64,000 nt of DNA, taken from an uncultured Anaerolineae bacterium. GTDB lineage: Bacteria; Chloroflexota; Anaerolineae; VGOG01. A program made the translations under genes and the position numbers. Positions 17,643-25,926 of this stretch are shown in pieces. The number at the start of each line of letters is the position of its first letter. Positions within the stretch are counted from its first letter, which is position 1. The notes below the pieces were generated by a model that was not told where the DNA came from, did no database searches, and worked only from the letters and a program-made list of their open reading frames with translations. The stretch spans positions 5,128-69,127 of the forward strand of contig CAYMKL010000022.1 of assembly GCA_964390805.1 (NCBI GenBank), written 5' to 3'.

Positions 17643-18131
17643 CTACTTGACCGGTTTGCCCCACTTCTCGCGCTGAAACGCTTTGACTTTCTTGGGCGGA
17701 AGCAAGCGGTGATACTCCAGCCGCGGACGGCCAAAGTTGAGGAACAAGGCCACCTGACATTGCGGCAGGGCGGCAAAGTAACCGATGATACGCGCCATAT
17801 CATCTTTGGTCATGAGATGTGAACGCGCTTTGAGTTCAACGATGACAATCTGTTCGACCACCAGATCAGGGCTGTTGCCCCCAACGACTGTGCCGTCGTC
17901 CAGGGTGACGGGAATGAAGGGCTCATCCTCAAAAGCAAGGTCTGTTTGCCCACACTTGGCCACCATCGCATCGTGATAGACCGGTTCTCGATGCCCCGGC
18001 CCAAGTTCATTGTGGACTTCCATGCCCAGCCCAATGATCTTGTAGGTGTATTCGAGCCAAGGTGCGTTCTGGATCACGTCTTTGGGTTTTGCGTGCACTT
18101 GTTGCCTCCTGTTCTTCATCAGCTTATTCAT
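17643..18131 (-). CDS. GxxExxY-family protein (PD-(D/E)XK-like)
   Basis: 162 aa from the ATG at 18131 (MNKLMKNRRQQ...). It contains the eponymous motif GHREPVY plus DLVVEQIVIVELKA. Confidence 0.8.
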   Translation of the reverse strand: MNKLMKNRRQQVHAKPKDVIQNAPWLEYTYKIIGLGMEVHNELGPGHREPVYHDAMVAKCGQTDLAFEDEPFIPVTLDDGTVVGGNSPDLVVEQIVIVELKARSHLMTKDDMARIIGYFAALPQCQVALFLNFGRPRLEYHRLLPPKKVKAFQREKWGKPVK

Positions 18132-18132
18132 T

Positions 18133-18216
18133 GCAGCAGCGGATAGGAAGCGGATAAACGGATGACTTCCACCCCCCACCCACCCCATCCGCTTATCCGC
18201 TGTCTATCCGTTGCCG
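18133..18216. repeat. Imperfect 25-bp inverted repeat of CGGATAG..AGCGGATAA.CGGATG around a C-rich loop
   Basis: cagcggataggaagcggataaacggatg - acttccaccccccacccacccc - catccgcttatccgctgtctatccgttgccg. Confidence 0.75.
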
Positions 18217-18235
18217 TAATGGTGCATAGCTGATC

Positions 18236-18676
18236 CTACAAATGAACGACGATCAGCCCTGGCAAGTGTGCAGCCCAATATTCGGCCACCAGACGGCGGT
18301 GGCAGTGGTCGGCCTCGGGTTCAGCGCACAGCAGACATGGTGATTGGTAGTGGGCCAGGATTTCGCGCCCCACCTCTTCGGCGGATCGCTCCTCCAGGAG
18401 CGGGAGGAAGCGGGATTCGTAAGCCGCCCAATCCTGATTGTCGCGATAGCCATCGAAGATCTCGGGAGTAGGGGCCAGTTCGGGGTGGTGCTCGTAGGCG
18501 ATGCCAAACCCCTCGCGCAGCAGGAAAGCCAGGTCGTCGCGCTTGGTGTAGCCAGCCAGGTGCGAGGTGTTGCGCAGGCGGACGTCAATTACCGCGTCCA
18601 CGCCAGCCTCCCGCAGTTGCCCGATGAACGTTGCCAGGGGTTTTCGCTTATAACCGATGGTGTAGAGAGTGGGCAT
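18236..18676 (-). CDS. DUF488-family protein (paralogue 1)
   Basis: 146 aa from the ATG at 18676 (MPTLYTIGYKRKPL...), preceded by AGGAGAGG. It has the C-terminal motif LCAEPEADHCHRRL. Confidence 0.8.
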   Translation of the reverse strand: MPTLYTIGYKRKPLATFIGQLREAGVDAVIDVRLRNTSHLAGYTKRDDLAFLLREGFGIAYEHHPELAPTPEIFDGYRDNQDWAAYESRFLPLLEERSAEEVGREILAHYQSPCLLCAEPEADHCHRRLVAEYWAAHLPGLIVVHL

Positions 18677-18690
18677 CTGTACCTCTCCTA

Positions 18691-19182
18691 TCAGAACAAC
18701 GATAGTTGCTGCGGTATCCGCTCCCCCTCGACCGTCGTGCCGTCGGGCTGGATGTGAAGCACGCGGACGCCGCGTCCCAGCAGGGTCTGGGTGATGAGCA
18801 GGTGGCGGTGACAACGGCGATGGTCGCCCTCACTGCACATCACGGCCACTCGTTCCGCTCCAGCCAGGTCGAGCAACTGGTCAATGCCGGCCTGGTAAGC
18901 AGGTGTCTGCTCCACACGCTGGTAGTCGGGGTGCTCCTGTCCAGGGTCGTACAGGGTCGGATCGGCAGGGCGGCCACCGAGGGCGTCGCCCATAAACTGG
19001 TAGACGATGCCAGCATCCTGGAGGTCGCGGGCCAGGGTCTCACGATTGAACTGGTGGGCCCAGCGGCTGTAGGGCTGGCTGCGCACGTCTACTACGAGGG
19101 TGATTTCGTGACGGCCCAGCAGGTCAACCAAGGCTGCGGTGGTGTGGTTGCTGTGGCCGATGGTGTGAATCACCAAATCCAT
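18691..19182 (-). CDS. DUF488-family protein (paralogue 2)
   Basis: MDLVIHTIGHSNHT...MCSEGDHRRCHRHL. The start is either 19182 or 19194 (the track start). The latter overlaps the nitroreductase stop. Confidence 0.8.
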   Translation of the reverse strand: MDLVIHTIGHSNHTTAALVDLLGRHEITLVVDVRSQPYSRWAHQFNRETLARDLQDAGIVYQFMGDALGGRPADPTLYDPGQEHPDYQRVEQTPAYQAGIDQLLDLAGAERVAVMCSEGDHRRCHRHLLITQTLLGRGVRVLHIQPDGTTVEGERIPQQLSLF

Positions 19183-19183
19183 C

Positions 19184-19765
19184 TCACCCACCATACTCCC
19201 GCAGGATCAGTTCATCGAGGGGGAGCTTGGGCACGTGGTGCACGCCGTCAGCATCACGGTAGTAGCGGATGTCGCCGTTGGGGCCGACTTCCTCGAGCAC
19301 GACCGTCTCCCTGGGCTTGCCTAGCGCCAGTATGAGCAGGATCTCGTACTGCTCTGGGATGTCAAGCACTTGGCGGAGTTCGCTGCGGTCAATGGAGCCG
19401 ATCATGCAGCCGCCCAGACCTCGCTCCGTCGCGCCGAGCATGATGGATTGGGCAGCGATGCCGTGATCGCAGCCGAAGGACTTGCGGATCTCCGTGTCGC
19501 CCAGGATGACGATGTAGGCCGCCGGGCGCTCCCCCTCCGCCGGACCGGGCCAACCCTTCAAAAAACCCGCCCAGCGTGTGTTTGGGAAGATGCGGGCGTT
19601 GGTCTTTGGCTGGCAACTGAGGATGTACTTGAGCGGCTGCAAGTTCGAGCCTGAGGCTGACAGCCGCGCCAGATTCACCAGTGCGCGCAGCGTCTCAATG
19701 TCCACCGCGACATCCTGATGAAAACGGCGGTAGCTGCGGTTCTTACGAACGAGATTTTCGAGCAT
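19184..19765 (-). CDS. Nitroreductase-family protein
   Basis: 193-aa ORF containing NRSYRRF...LARLSASGSNLQPLKYIL, typical of NADH oxidase/flavin reductase-like nitroreductases. Confidence 0.85.
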   Translation of the reverse strand: MLENLVRKNRSYRRFHQDVAVDIETLRALVNLARLSASGSNLQPLKYILSCQPKTNARIFPNTRWAGFLKGWPGPAEGERPAAYIVILGDTEIRKSFGCDHGIAAQSIMLGATERGLGGCMIGSIDRSELRQVLDIPEQYEILLILALGKPRETVVLEEVGPNGDIRYYRDADGVHHVPKLPLDELILREYGG

Positions 19766-19787
19766 AGTCTACTCCTGTGGTTTGTTT

Positions 19788-19820
19788 AGACCCTTCGGGT
19801 TTTTGAAACCCTGAGGGTCT
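19788..19820 (-). terminator. 33-nt palindrome AGACCCTTCGGGTTT-TTG-AAACCCTGAGGGTCT downstream of the glycoside hydrolase gene
   Basis: It is a near copy of the 3047-3079 palindrome, lies 10 nt after the stop at 19830 and is flanked by T/A runs. Confidence 0.55.
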
Positions 19821-19829
19821 TTTCCTTCT

Positions 19830-22454
19830 TCACTTCATCGTCAGGGGGACGAAGATGCGGTATGGCAGCCTGGCGGAGCCTACACTCACTCGATCCAGGG
19901 TGACCGTGAAGGATTGAGCCGAGCACCGAACGGCCTGGAAGAGCACATCCACCATCCGTCCCTGCCACGCCGATAGATCCAACGAGGTGAGGGTCCAATC
20001 GGAGGCTCGCCATAGCTCCCCCCAAGGCACGAGATAGTGCGGCTGGCCGTCGTCCAGAATGACCACCTCCAGCCAGGCGTAGTCAAAGTCCGTTTGCGTG
20101 GTAGAGATGGCAGACAGGAACGACAGGGTTGACGGGTAGCCTTGCGGCACGCTCACTGCCTGTTTCAAAGTCCACAGCTCGCCGGGCTGGCCATTCTGGA
20201 TGCACGTTACTGGCAACCCTGCGCCGCTTCCCAGCAGCGCGGCGACCTGTCCATCGAAGGCCTCCGTCGAGAGCGAGACCTCGCCATTGGGCCGCACCCA
20301 GGCATCCCAGACATCCGGGCCCTCAAAGTCGCCAGTGGTCACGGCATTGACCGTCGGGGCCAGCGTGAGGGTGATGGGGGTCGAGTCGCCGACGGTCACG
20401 TGACGAGGCGCCGGCCACGTGCCGTAGCCGGGCGCGCTGGCGTGAAAGGCATATTCACCCGCTTGCAACGTCGCCGACCAGAGCCCGCCTTCGCCGCTGG
20501 CAACCTCGTCCAGGGTGTTGGTGCCGCTGATGGTAACGGTGGCACCCACGACCATCCCGCCATCCGCGTCCATCACCGTGCCAGACACAGGGGTGCCAGC
20601 CACGACCAACGTGGTGGCTTGAGGCGCTGTGGGGATTGGCTCCACGTTGCCCGCCCTGTCCCTGGCGCGAACGGCAAAGCCGAAGGTGGCACCCACCGAG
20701 CCCGCGCAGGAGGCACTGGTGCTCTGGGTCTCGGTGAACCATGTCGTAAACGGTCCCCCGTCAACGTTGTAGAAGACATCATAGCTGACGATGCCGGAGC
20801 CCAAATCCTCTCCTCCCCAGCGCACCACGAAACCCAGGCCGCTGGTCGGCGGGAGCGGTTCCACACTGGAGGTGGGCGGCAGCGTGTCGCGCTCCACCAG
20901 CAGGTAGGGTCGGCCGCCGATCATATACTCGCCCGGGGGGAGGAACGGATGATTCTGGTTGGTGGCCGCAGGTAGAGTGACGGTGTAGACACCGGTAATG
21001 GGCGCAATGGTTTGAGTTATCCCTGCCTGGTCAACAAGCAAACCCTCATCTCCGGTGGCCGAGACCTGGGCCGTAATGGTGACACCCTGGGTGGCCCATA
21101 GCACCATCGCCCGCTCTTTGGTGGCCGGGCGATGGAAGGCTATCCGCTCCTGCTGATTCTCAGAAGTACTGCGCCACAGGGGCTCCACGTCCCGCAGGTG
21201 CGTGGCGGCCACGCGGTAGGCGGTGTAGGATGGACGCACTCGCCCGTCGGATGGGTAGCACGGTGCGTCCTCCGTGTTGCGGAACAGGCCGTAGGCATCA
21301 TGCTCGTCGGGGCCGTTGCCGCAATCGTCGTGGAGCATGAAGTGGAAAACCTTCTCCGCTCCGGCGTAGAGGCCGTAGGCATAGTCCTGGACAACATAGG
21401 CTGCCTGTTCTTCCATAGTAGCCCGGAAATCGCTTTTGGGGTCCCAGGTGGGGCCAGGGTAATCATCCCAAACGGGCACTCCACTCTCGTTGATCCAGAT
21501 GAGCTTATCGCCCAGGCCGTACGGGCGCAGAAGGTCACCGATACGGCAGGTGTGCTCATAGGTATCTTTTGAGCGACTGTAGCTATGGGTGGCCACGACG
21601 TCGAAGTACCAATCATTGGCCATTCGGTCGGAGTCCTCCCCTATGGCGCCCAGCAGGCGGGGGAACCAACTAGCGTCGAAGTAGTTAGCCAAGCCACCAA
21701 CGAGCACAGTGCAATCGGGGTCGGCGAACTTGGCCACCAGGTAACCCACTTTGAGAAGCCGGAAATACTCCTCCACGGTGCCGCTCCAAAAGAAGCTGAA
21801 ATCCGGCTCGTTCCAAATCTCCCAGTAACTAACGCCCGTCCCTTCCGGCCAGCCTTCGTGTGTGGCAAGCCAGCCCCCAGGCTTGTAGCGAGCGACAATA
21901 TCGAAGACGAAGCGGGCCCAGTAGTTGTTCGGGTTTATGCTCTTGCCCGGGCCGGGGATGTCAGTGCCGTCGTCGAAGATAGTCTCGTAGAGGTTATGCG
22001 GCGTGGAGCTGGCGCTGCTGACGCCCAACTTCCAAGAGAAGCTGGTAACCTGCTGAGGGAAGCTTTTCTGCTCCACGCGCGGGGCAGGGATGTGGGGTGA
22101 GCCGCCGGTGGCGTAGAAATTGGGTGTGCCCAGCAGGATGGCGTCGGTTCGGAAGCCATAAGCGATGTCATCTGCCACCACGGGGTCGTGGGCGCTGTAA
22201 TCGAAAGTGCCAGCACTTTTCTCGATGTCTCGCCAATAGAGAGGCCAGCGGGTCCAGGTAGCTCCAGTGCTTATCCCTCTTTGATAACGGGCTTCGTCGG
22301 CAGGATATTCGGCGGAGCTGACGAAACAGAGGCCAAACTTTTCATTGGGCGGGGCAGCCGACGGAGGCTGGGAGGCGGAAAGTGGCCCCGCCGCTCCCCA
22401 GACCGTCACCGCCAGGATCAAGATAATCGCCGAAATAATGATTTTCCATTGCAT
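19830..22454 (-). CDS. Secreted multidomain glycoside hydrolase-like protein (clan GH-A TIM barrel plus Ig-like/carboxypeptidase-regulatory-like domains)
   Basis: 874 aa from the ATG at 22454 (MQWKIIISAIILILAVTVWG signal, SD GGAGGAG). It has the NEP motif YWEIWNEPDF and a later VSGTVMDADGGMVVGATVTISG (CarboxypepD_reg-like). The 139-aa upstream part of the track ORF is rejected. Confidence 0.65.
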   Translation of the reverse strand: MQWKIIISAIILILAVTVWGAAGPLSASQPPSAAPPNEKFGLCFVSSAEYPADEARYQRGISTGATWTRWPLYWRDIEKSAGTFDYSAHDPVVADDIAYGFRTDAILLGTPNFYATGGSPHIPAPRVEQKSFPQQVTSFSWKLGVSSASSTPHNLYETIFDDGTDIPGPGKSINPNNYWARFVFDIVARYKPGGWLATHEGWPEGTGVSYWEIWNEPDFSFFWSGTVEEYFRLLKVGYLVAKFADPDCTVLVGGLANYFDASWFPRLLGAIGEDSDRMANDWYFDVVATHSYSRSKDTYEHTCRIGDLLRPYGLGDKLIWINESGVPVWDDYPGPTWDPKSDFRATMEEQAAYVVQDYAYGLYAGAEKVFHFMLHDDCGNGPDEHDAYGLFRNTEDAPCYPSDGRVRPSYTAYRVAATHLRDVEPLWRSTSENQQERIAFHRPATKERAMVLWATQGVTITAQVSATGDEGLLVDQAGITQTIAPITGVYTVTLPAATNQNHPFLPPGEYMIGGRPYLLVERDTLPPTSSVEPLPPTSGLGFVVRWGGEDLGSGIVSYDVFYNVDGGPFTTWFTETQSTSASCAGSVGATFGFAVRARDRAGNVEPIPTAPQATTLVVAGTPVSGTVMDADGGMVVGATVTISGTNTLDEVASGEGGLWSATLQAGEYAFHASAPGYGTWPAPRHVTVGDSTPITLTLAPTVNAVTTGDFEGPDVWDAWVRPNGEVSLSTEAFDGQVAALLGSGAGLPVTCIQNGQPGELWTLKQAVSVPQGYPSTLSFLSAISTTQTDFDYAWLEVVILDDGQPHYLVPWGELWRASDWTLTSLDLSAWQGRMVDVLFQAVRCSAQSFTVTLDRVSVGSARLPYRIFVPLTMK

Positions 22455-22515
22455 GGTCTCCTCCAAGTAAACGTCCAGTCCCCTGTTCTCCTGTATCCTT
22501 GCTCCTCTGCATCTC

Positions 22516-22544
22516 TTGACAATTTCGGGCAGGTGATATAGTAT
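22516..22544 (+). promoter_or_regulatory. Promoter-like TTGACA-17-TAGTAT upstream of the two-gene module
   Basis: ttgaca atttcgggcaggtgata tagtat. GGAGGTGAG lies 12 nt before the ATG at 22572. Confidence 0.5.
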
Positions 22545-22571
22545 ATAGCCTGGAGGTGAGAGGACACTACC

Positions 22572-22859
22572 ATGACACTCGAAGAGATCCTTCAAGACAT
22601 CCACGGATTGGACGCACGCTTGCAGGAACTCGAACAGCAATATGGGTTGCTCTCCGAAGACCTGTACACGTTGTACCGGCTGGGCGAGTTGGAACAGAGC
22701 CGTGATCTGATCCGTTGGGTTGGCTACTACGAACTGCGACAGGAGCGGCAGCGTGCCTATGAGGCAGCCTTGCGTGAGCGTTTGCTGATCGTGCGCAGCG
22801 TCAGCCCCGGAACGCCCATCCCATTGCGTCCACATTGGGCAGCCCTGACCGAGGCATGA
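22572..22859 (+). CDS. Small helical protein, putative partner (antitoxin-like) of the downstream TumE-like gene
   Basis: 95-aa ORF. Its stop lies 1 nt before the next ATG (TGAcATG). It has coiled-coil-like composition. Confidence 0.5.
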   Translation: MTLEEILQDIHGLDARLQELEQQYGLLSEDLYTLYRLGELEQSRDLIRWVGYYELRQERQRAYEAALRERLLIVRSVSPGTPIPLRPHWAALTEA

Positions 22860-22860
22860 C

Positions 22861-23271
22861 ATGCTCCCCACATTCGAGGACTATTGCCTCCTGATCGCCA
22901 GCCTGCCAGATCAGTTTCCGTCTATCCGCTCCTCTACCCTTATCGCCTACCGCATCGGCCCATTTGCTGCCGAGGTGGAGGGCCAGTTGACCTTCCAGTC
23001 CGGCTACGTGCTCACCGTGTGGGAGTTGCTCGACCTGTCCAGGGGCACTATCTACAACTACAGCTACGAACTGGACTGCGCCGACGAGCGAATTTGGTGG
23101 TACGACCCTACCGAACACCCAGGAGATGCAACTCTACGCAGTTCCTACCCTCATCACAAACACGTTTCTCCTGACATCAAGCGACATCGTGTTCCCGCGC
23201 CCGAGCTTTCCTTTACACACTCCAATCTCCCCGCATTGATCGAGGAGGTAGAGCGGCTGTTGAAAAAGTAA
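22861..23271 (+). CDS. DUF6516/TumE-like toxin-antitoxin family protein
   Basis: 136 aa containing YNYSYELDCADERIWWYDPTEHP...YPHHKH. The family pattern is recalled from memory. Confidence 0.55.
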   Translation: MLPTFEDYCLLIASLPDQFPSIRSSTLIAYRIGPFAAEVEGQLTFQSGYVLTVWELLDLSRGTIYNYSYELDCADERIWWYDPTEHPGDATLRSSYPHHKHVSPDIKRHRVPAPELSFTHSNLPALIEEVERLLKK

Positions 23272-23349
23272 ACGCCAAGCTCAGATAACCCTCCTGCATT
23301 TCCCTTTTCCCCTCACCCAGCACGCAATACGCACTACGCAATACGTACC

Positions 23350-24399
23350 CTACATCGGCAGGTAGAAAAACGCCAACCCAATGATCACGTAGACCACCAG
23401 CAGTTGGGCTCCTTCCAGCCAGTTCGATTCGCCATCCCGCGCCGCCGACGCGGCGATGAGGGCCGCCGCGCCCAGGGCGATCAACTCAAACTGGTTGAAC
23501 TCCAGCGTCAGTGGGTTGCCCATCAGCAGGCTGATGAAGACCAGCGCGGGGGCGACGAAGAGGGCGATCTGCAAGCTGGAGCCGAGGGAGACGGACATGC
23601 TCAGCTCCATGTGATTCTTCAGCGCCGCCTGCACCGCCACCATGTGCTCGGCCACGTTACCGATGAGGGGCACGATGATGATGCCCACGAAGAACTCGGA
23701 GAGGCCCAGCGCGTGGGTCGTATGTTCCACCGTGCCCACCAGGATCTCGCTCAGCCAGACGATGAAGGCCGTGGAGACGAGTAGCACCGCCACCGCCTTG
23801 CGCCCACTCCAGCCCGTGACCTCGTGCGCCTCGTGGGCCAGCTCTGGCTCAACACCCCAGCGGAACGAGAAGACGACGCTCAGGGCGTAGATGAGGATCA
23901 TCACCGCCGCCGTGCCCAGGCTCAGGTACTCCACTCCCGCGTGGTTTGTCTCCTCAATGCTGTGGCTGAACAGCGAGGGGATGCCCAGGGCGATGAGGGC
24001 CAGGATGAGCATGGTGGCGTTGACGCTGGCCTGGGTGCGGTCGAACTTCTGCACCCCGTGGCGTAGTCCGCCCAGCAGGATGCTCAGCCCCAGCACCAGC
24101 AGCAGGTTGCCCAGGATGGAGCCCGTGATGGACGCCTTCACCAGGTCCAGCAGCCCTTCTTTGATGGCGAAGATGGTGATGATGAGCTCGGCGGCGTTGC
24201 CCAGCGTGCCGTTGAGGAAGCCGCTCAGTTTTGGCCCCGTGTGGGCGGCCAGTTCCTCCGTGGCCTCGCCCAGGATGCCCGCCAGCGGAATCACCGCCAG
24301 CGCCGCGCTCCAGAACACAAGCGTCGGGCTCCAGCCCAGGAACTCGCCCGCGATGGCCAGCGGGGCGAAGATGAGTAGGACGTTGAAGTATTTGGTCAT
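23350..24399 (-). CDS. cax: Ca2+/H+ antiporter (CaCA/CAX family)
   Basis: 349 aa and about 11 TM segments, with the two alpha-repeats GNAAELIITIFA and GNVAEHMVAV. Confidence 0.9.
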   Translation of the reverse strand: MTKYFNVLLIFAPLAIAGEFLGWSPTLVFWSAALAVIPLAGILGEATEELAAHTGPKLSGFLNGTLGNAAELIITIFAIKEGLLDLVKASITGSILGNLLLVLGLSILLGGLRHGVQKFDRTQASVNATMLILALIALGIPSLFSHSIEETNHAGVEYLSLGTAAVMILIYALSVVFSFRWGVEPELAHEAHEVTGWSGRKAVAVLLVSTAFIVWLSEILVGTVEHTTHALGLSEFFVGIIIVPLIGNVAEHMVAVQAALKNHMELSMSVSLGSSLQIALFVAPALVFISLLMGNPLTLEFNQFELIALGAAALIAASAARDGESNWLEGAQLLVVYVIIGLAFFYLPM

Positions 24400-24516
24400 G
24401 GGTTTGTCTCCTTAGCGGTCAGCGCTGTTGTAGCTGATGAAGAAGTGTTTCATCGGAACACCTTCAGGCAGCAAGTCTTGAACTGCAGTGAACGTCCAAT
24501 ATCCGAACGAGGTTTA

Positions 24517-24690
24517 TTATATCATGATTCGGAATTTCTGCATAAAAGCCGAAGTCGGCCAGACAGTAGAAGCGGAAATAGAACTCCCCTCGCTGCTGGC
24601 GGGGGTTTGCAGATCAACCAGCGGATAGATCATCCCCAACAACGTAACGTAGGCCACGCTCGCCGCCACAACACCCGCGGGAAGCCGAAG
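24517..24690 (-). pseudogene. Orphan 3' fragment of a membrane spermidine-synthase-like gene (duplicate of the 3' end of 35448-38039)
   Basis: 24618-24690 aligns with 35573-35646 at about 62/74 identical positions (manual alignment). The minus-strand translation is ..FGFPRVL then (frameshift) VAASVAYVTLLGMIYPLVD.., against ..[28 protein letters not shown].. in the intact gene. It has its own tail and a stop at 24517, and no upstream gene body. Confidence 0.6.
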
Positions 24691-24736
24691 TTGTCGTACA
24701 TCCGAATTGTGATTGGATCTCAGAGAAAACTGCCTA

Positions 24737-24765
24737 TTGACAAATCGTGTGTCTTGTGGTATAAT
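24737..24765 (+). promoter_or_regulatory. Consensus promoter TTGACA-17-TATAAT of the LacI/sugar locus
   Basis: ttgaca aatcgtgtgtcttgtgg tataat. Confidence 0.65.
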
Positions 24766-24789
24766 GTGAACGTTCACGTGAACGTTCAC
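24766..24789. promoter_or_regulatory. Tandem palindromic operator 2 x GTGAACGTTCAC (LacI-family type)
   Basis: Two abutting perfect 12-bp palindromes lie immediately after the -10 box. The AACGTT core matches the LacI/GalR-family operator style. Confidence 0.65.
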
Positions 24790-24810
24790 GGACGCGCAAG
24801 GGGGCATCTT

Positions 24811-25830
24811 GTGAGACGTAGACCCACTATCAAAGACGTGGCTGCCCGTGCTGGCGTTTCCCGCCAGACGGTGTCTCGGGTAGTCAATGACAAAGGTGAA
24901 GTCAGCGCCGAAACGCGCGCCCGCGTGTTGGCGGCAATTGATGAACTGGGCTACCGTCCCAGCGCCGTCGCTCGGAGCATGGTCGCGGGGCGCACCTGCA
25001 CACTTGGTTGCATCTCGCCGAATCTCGTTGACTACACCTTTGCCAGTATCATCCAAAGCGCCCAGGCGGAAGCCCGCCGCCAAGGCTATTTCATTCTCAC
25101 CGGCAGCGCGCCGTCGGAAGCTGACGTAGAAGCACTGTTAGAAGAGATGCTACTCCGCCAGATAGATGGCCTGCTGGTCGTCAACCCCCATGCCGACGAT
25201 CGGTATCGCTATTTTCTTCCCCTTGTCGAGACAGGCGTGTCGGTCGTTTATCTAAACAACACACCCCAACAACATGAACCGGTTTCCTCGGTTCGCTGCG
25301 ATGATCATGAAGGTGGCTATCTGGCCACTCGGTATTTGATTGAGCTGGGCCATACCGCCATCGCCACCCTCGTCGGTCCTGACAACGAGCAATGTACCTT
25401 AGACCGGCTGGCCGGTTACCGCCAGGCATTGACAGAGGCCGACCTGACCTTTGAATCCGCGCTGACAGCCAGCGGCAACTGGTCGGCTACTTCGGGGTAT
25501 CAGGCTGTCCAATGGCTGTTGGCCGCGAACCGGCCACTTTCTGCCATCTTCGCCCAAAACGATCGCATGGCGGTGGGTGCCATCCGTGCTCTGCGAGAAG
25601 CCGGCCTCCAGGTGCCCCACGCCGTTTCTGTCATCGGCTTCGACGATATCCCCCTTGCCTCCTATTTCGATCCCCCTTTGACTACACTCCGCCAACCACT
25701 GGAAGAATCTGGGCGGCAGGCCGCACGCCTGCTCATCGAAACCATCCGGGACCCAGACCGTCCACCTGAGCAGGTCTTGACCCACGCCTCTCTGATCGAA
25801 CGGGCTTCGTGCGCGCCGCTGCGCCCGTGA
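24811..25830 (+). CDS. LacI-family transcriptional regulator
   Basis: GTG at 24811 preceded by AAGGGGG. It has the HTH PTIKDVAARAGVSRQTVSRVVN followed by a periplasmic-binding-like sugar domain. The track ORF start at 24445 is rejected. Confidence 0.85.
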   Translation: MRRRPTIKDVAARAGVSRQTVSRVVNDKGEVSAETRARVLAAIDELGYRPSAVARSMVAGRTCTLGCISPNLVDYTFASIIQSAQAEARRQGYFILTGSAPSEADVEALLEEMLLRQIDGLLVVNPHADDRYRYFLPLVETGVSVVYLNNTPQQHEPVSSVRCDDHEGGYLATRYLIELGHTAIATLVGPDNEQCTLDRLAGYRQALTEADLTFESALTASGNWSATSGYQAVQWLLAANRPLSAIFAQNDRMAVGAIRALREAGLQVPHAVSVIGFDDIPLASYFDPPLTTLRQPLEESGRQAARLLIETIRDPDRPPEQVLTHASLIERASCAPLRP

Positions 25831-25926
25831 AAGGAGATGCCTATCGAAAAAAAGCAGTCCATGTACTACAAGCACGCCCTTCACCAAAAACAACAACTCA
25901 ATCTGAAAACGGGAGGAGATCCAAAA

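Noticed and set aside
22455-22871. 139-codon N-terminal extension of the glycoside hydrolase ORF
   Set aside because: A signal peptide with a GGAGGAG SD starts at 22454. The extension overlaps a better-supported plus-strand gene and its promoter.
23318-23345. Direct repeat ACGCAATACG x2 between the convergent TumE-like and cax genes
   Set aside because: It has only two 10-nt copies and no further structure or recurrence in the window.
24445-24810. Upstream 122 codons of the LacI ORF in the track
   Set aside because: The region contains the consensus promoter, the operator and the orphan gene fragment on the other strand. The HTH begins right after the GTG at 24811, which has an SD.
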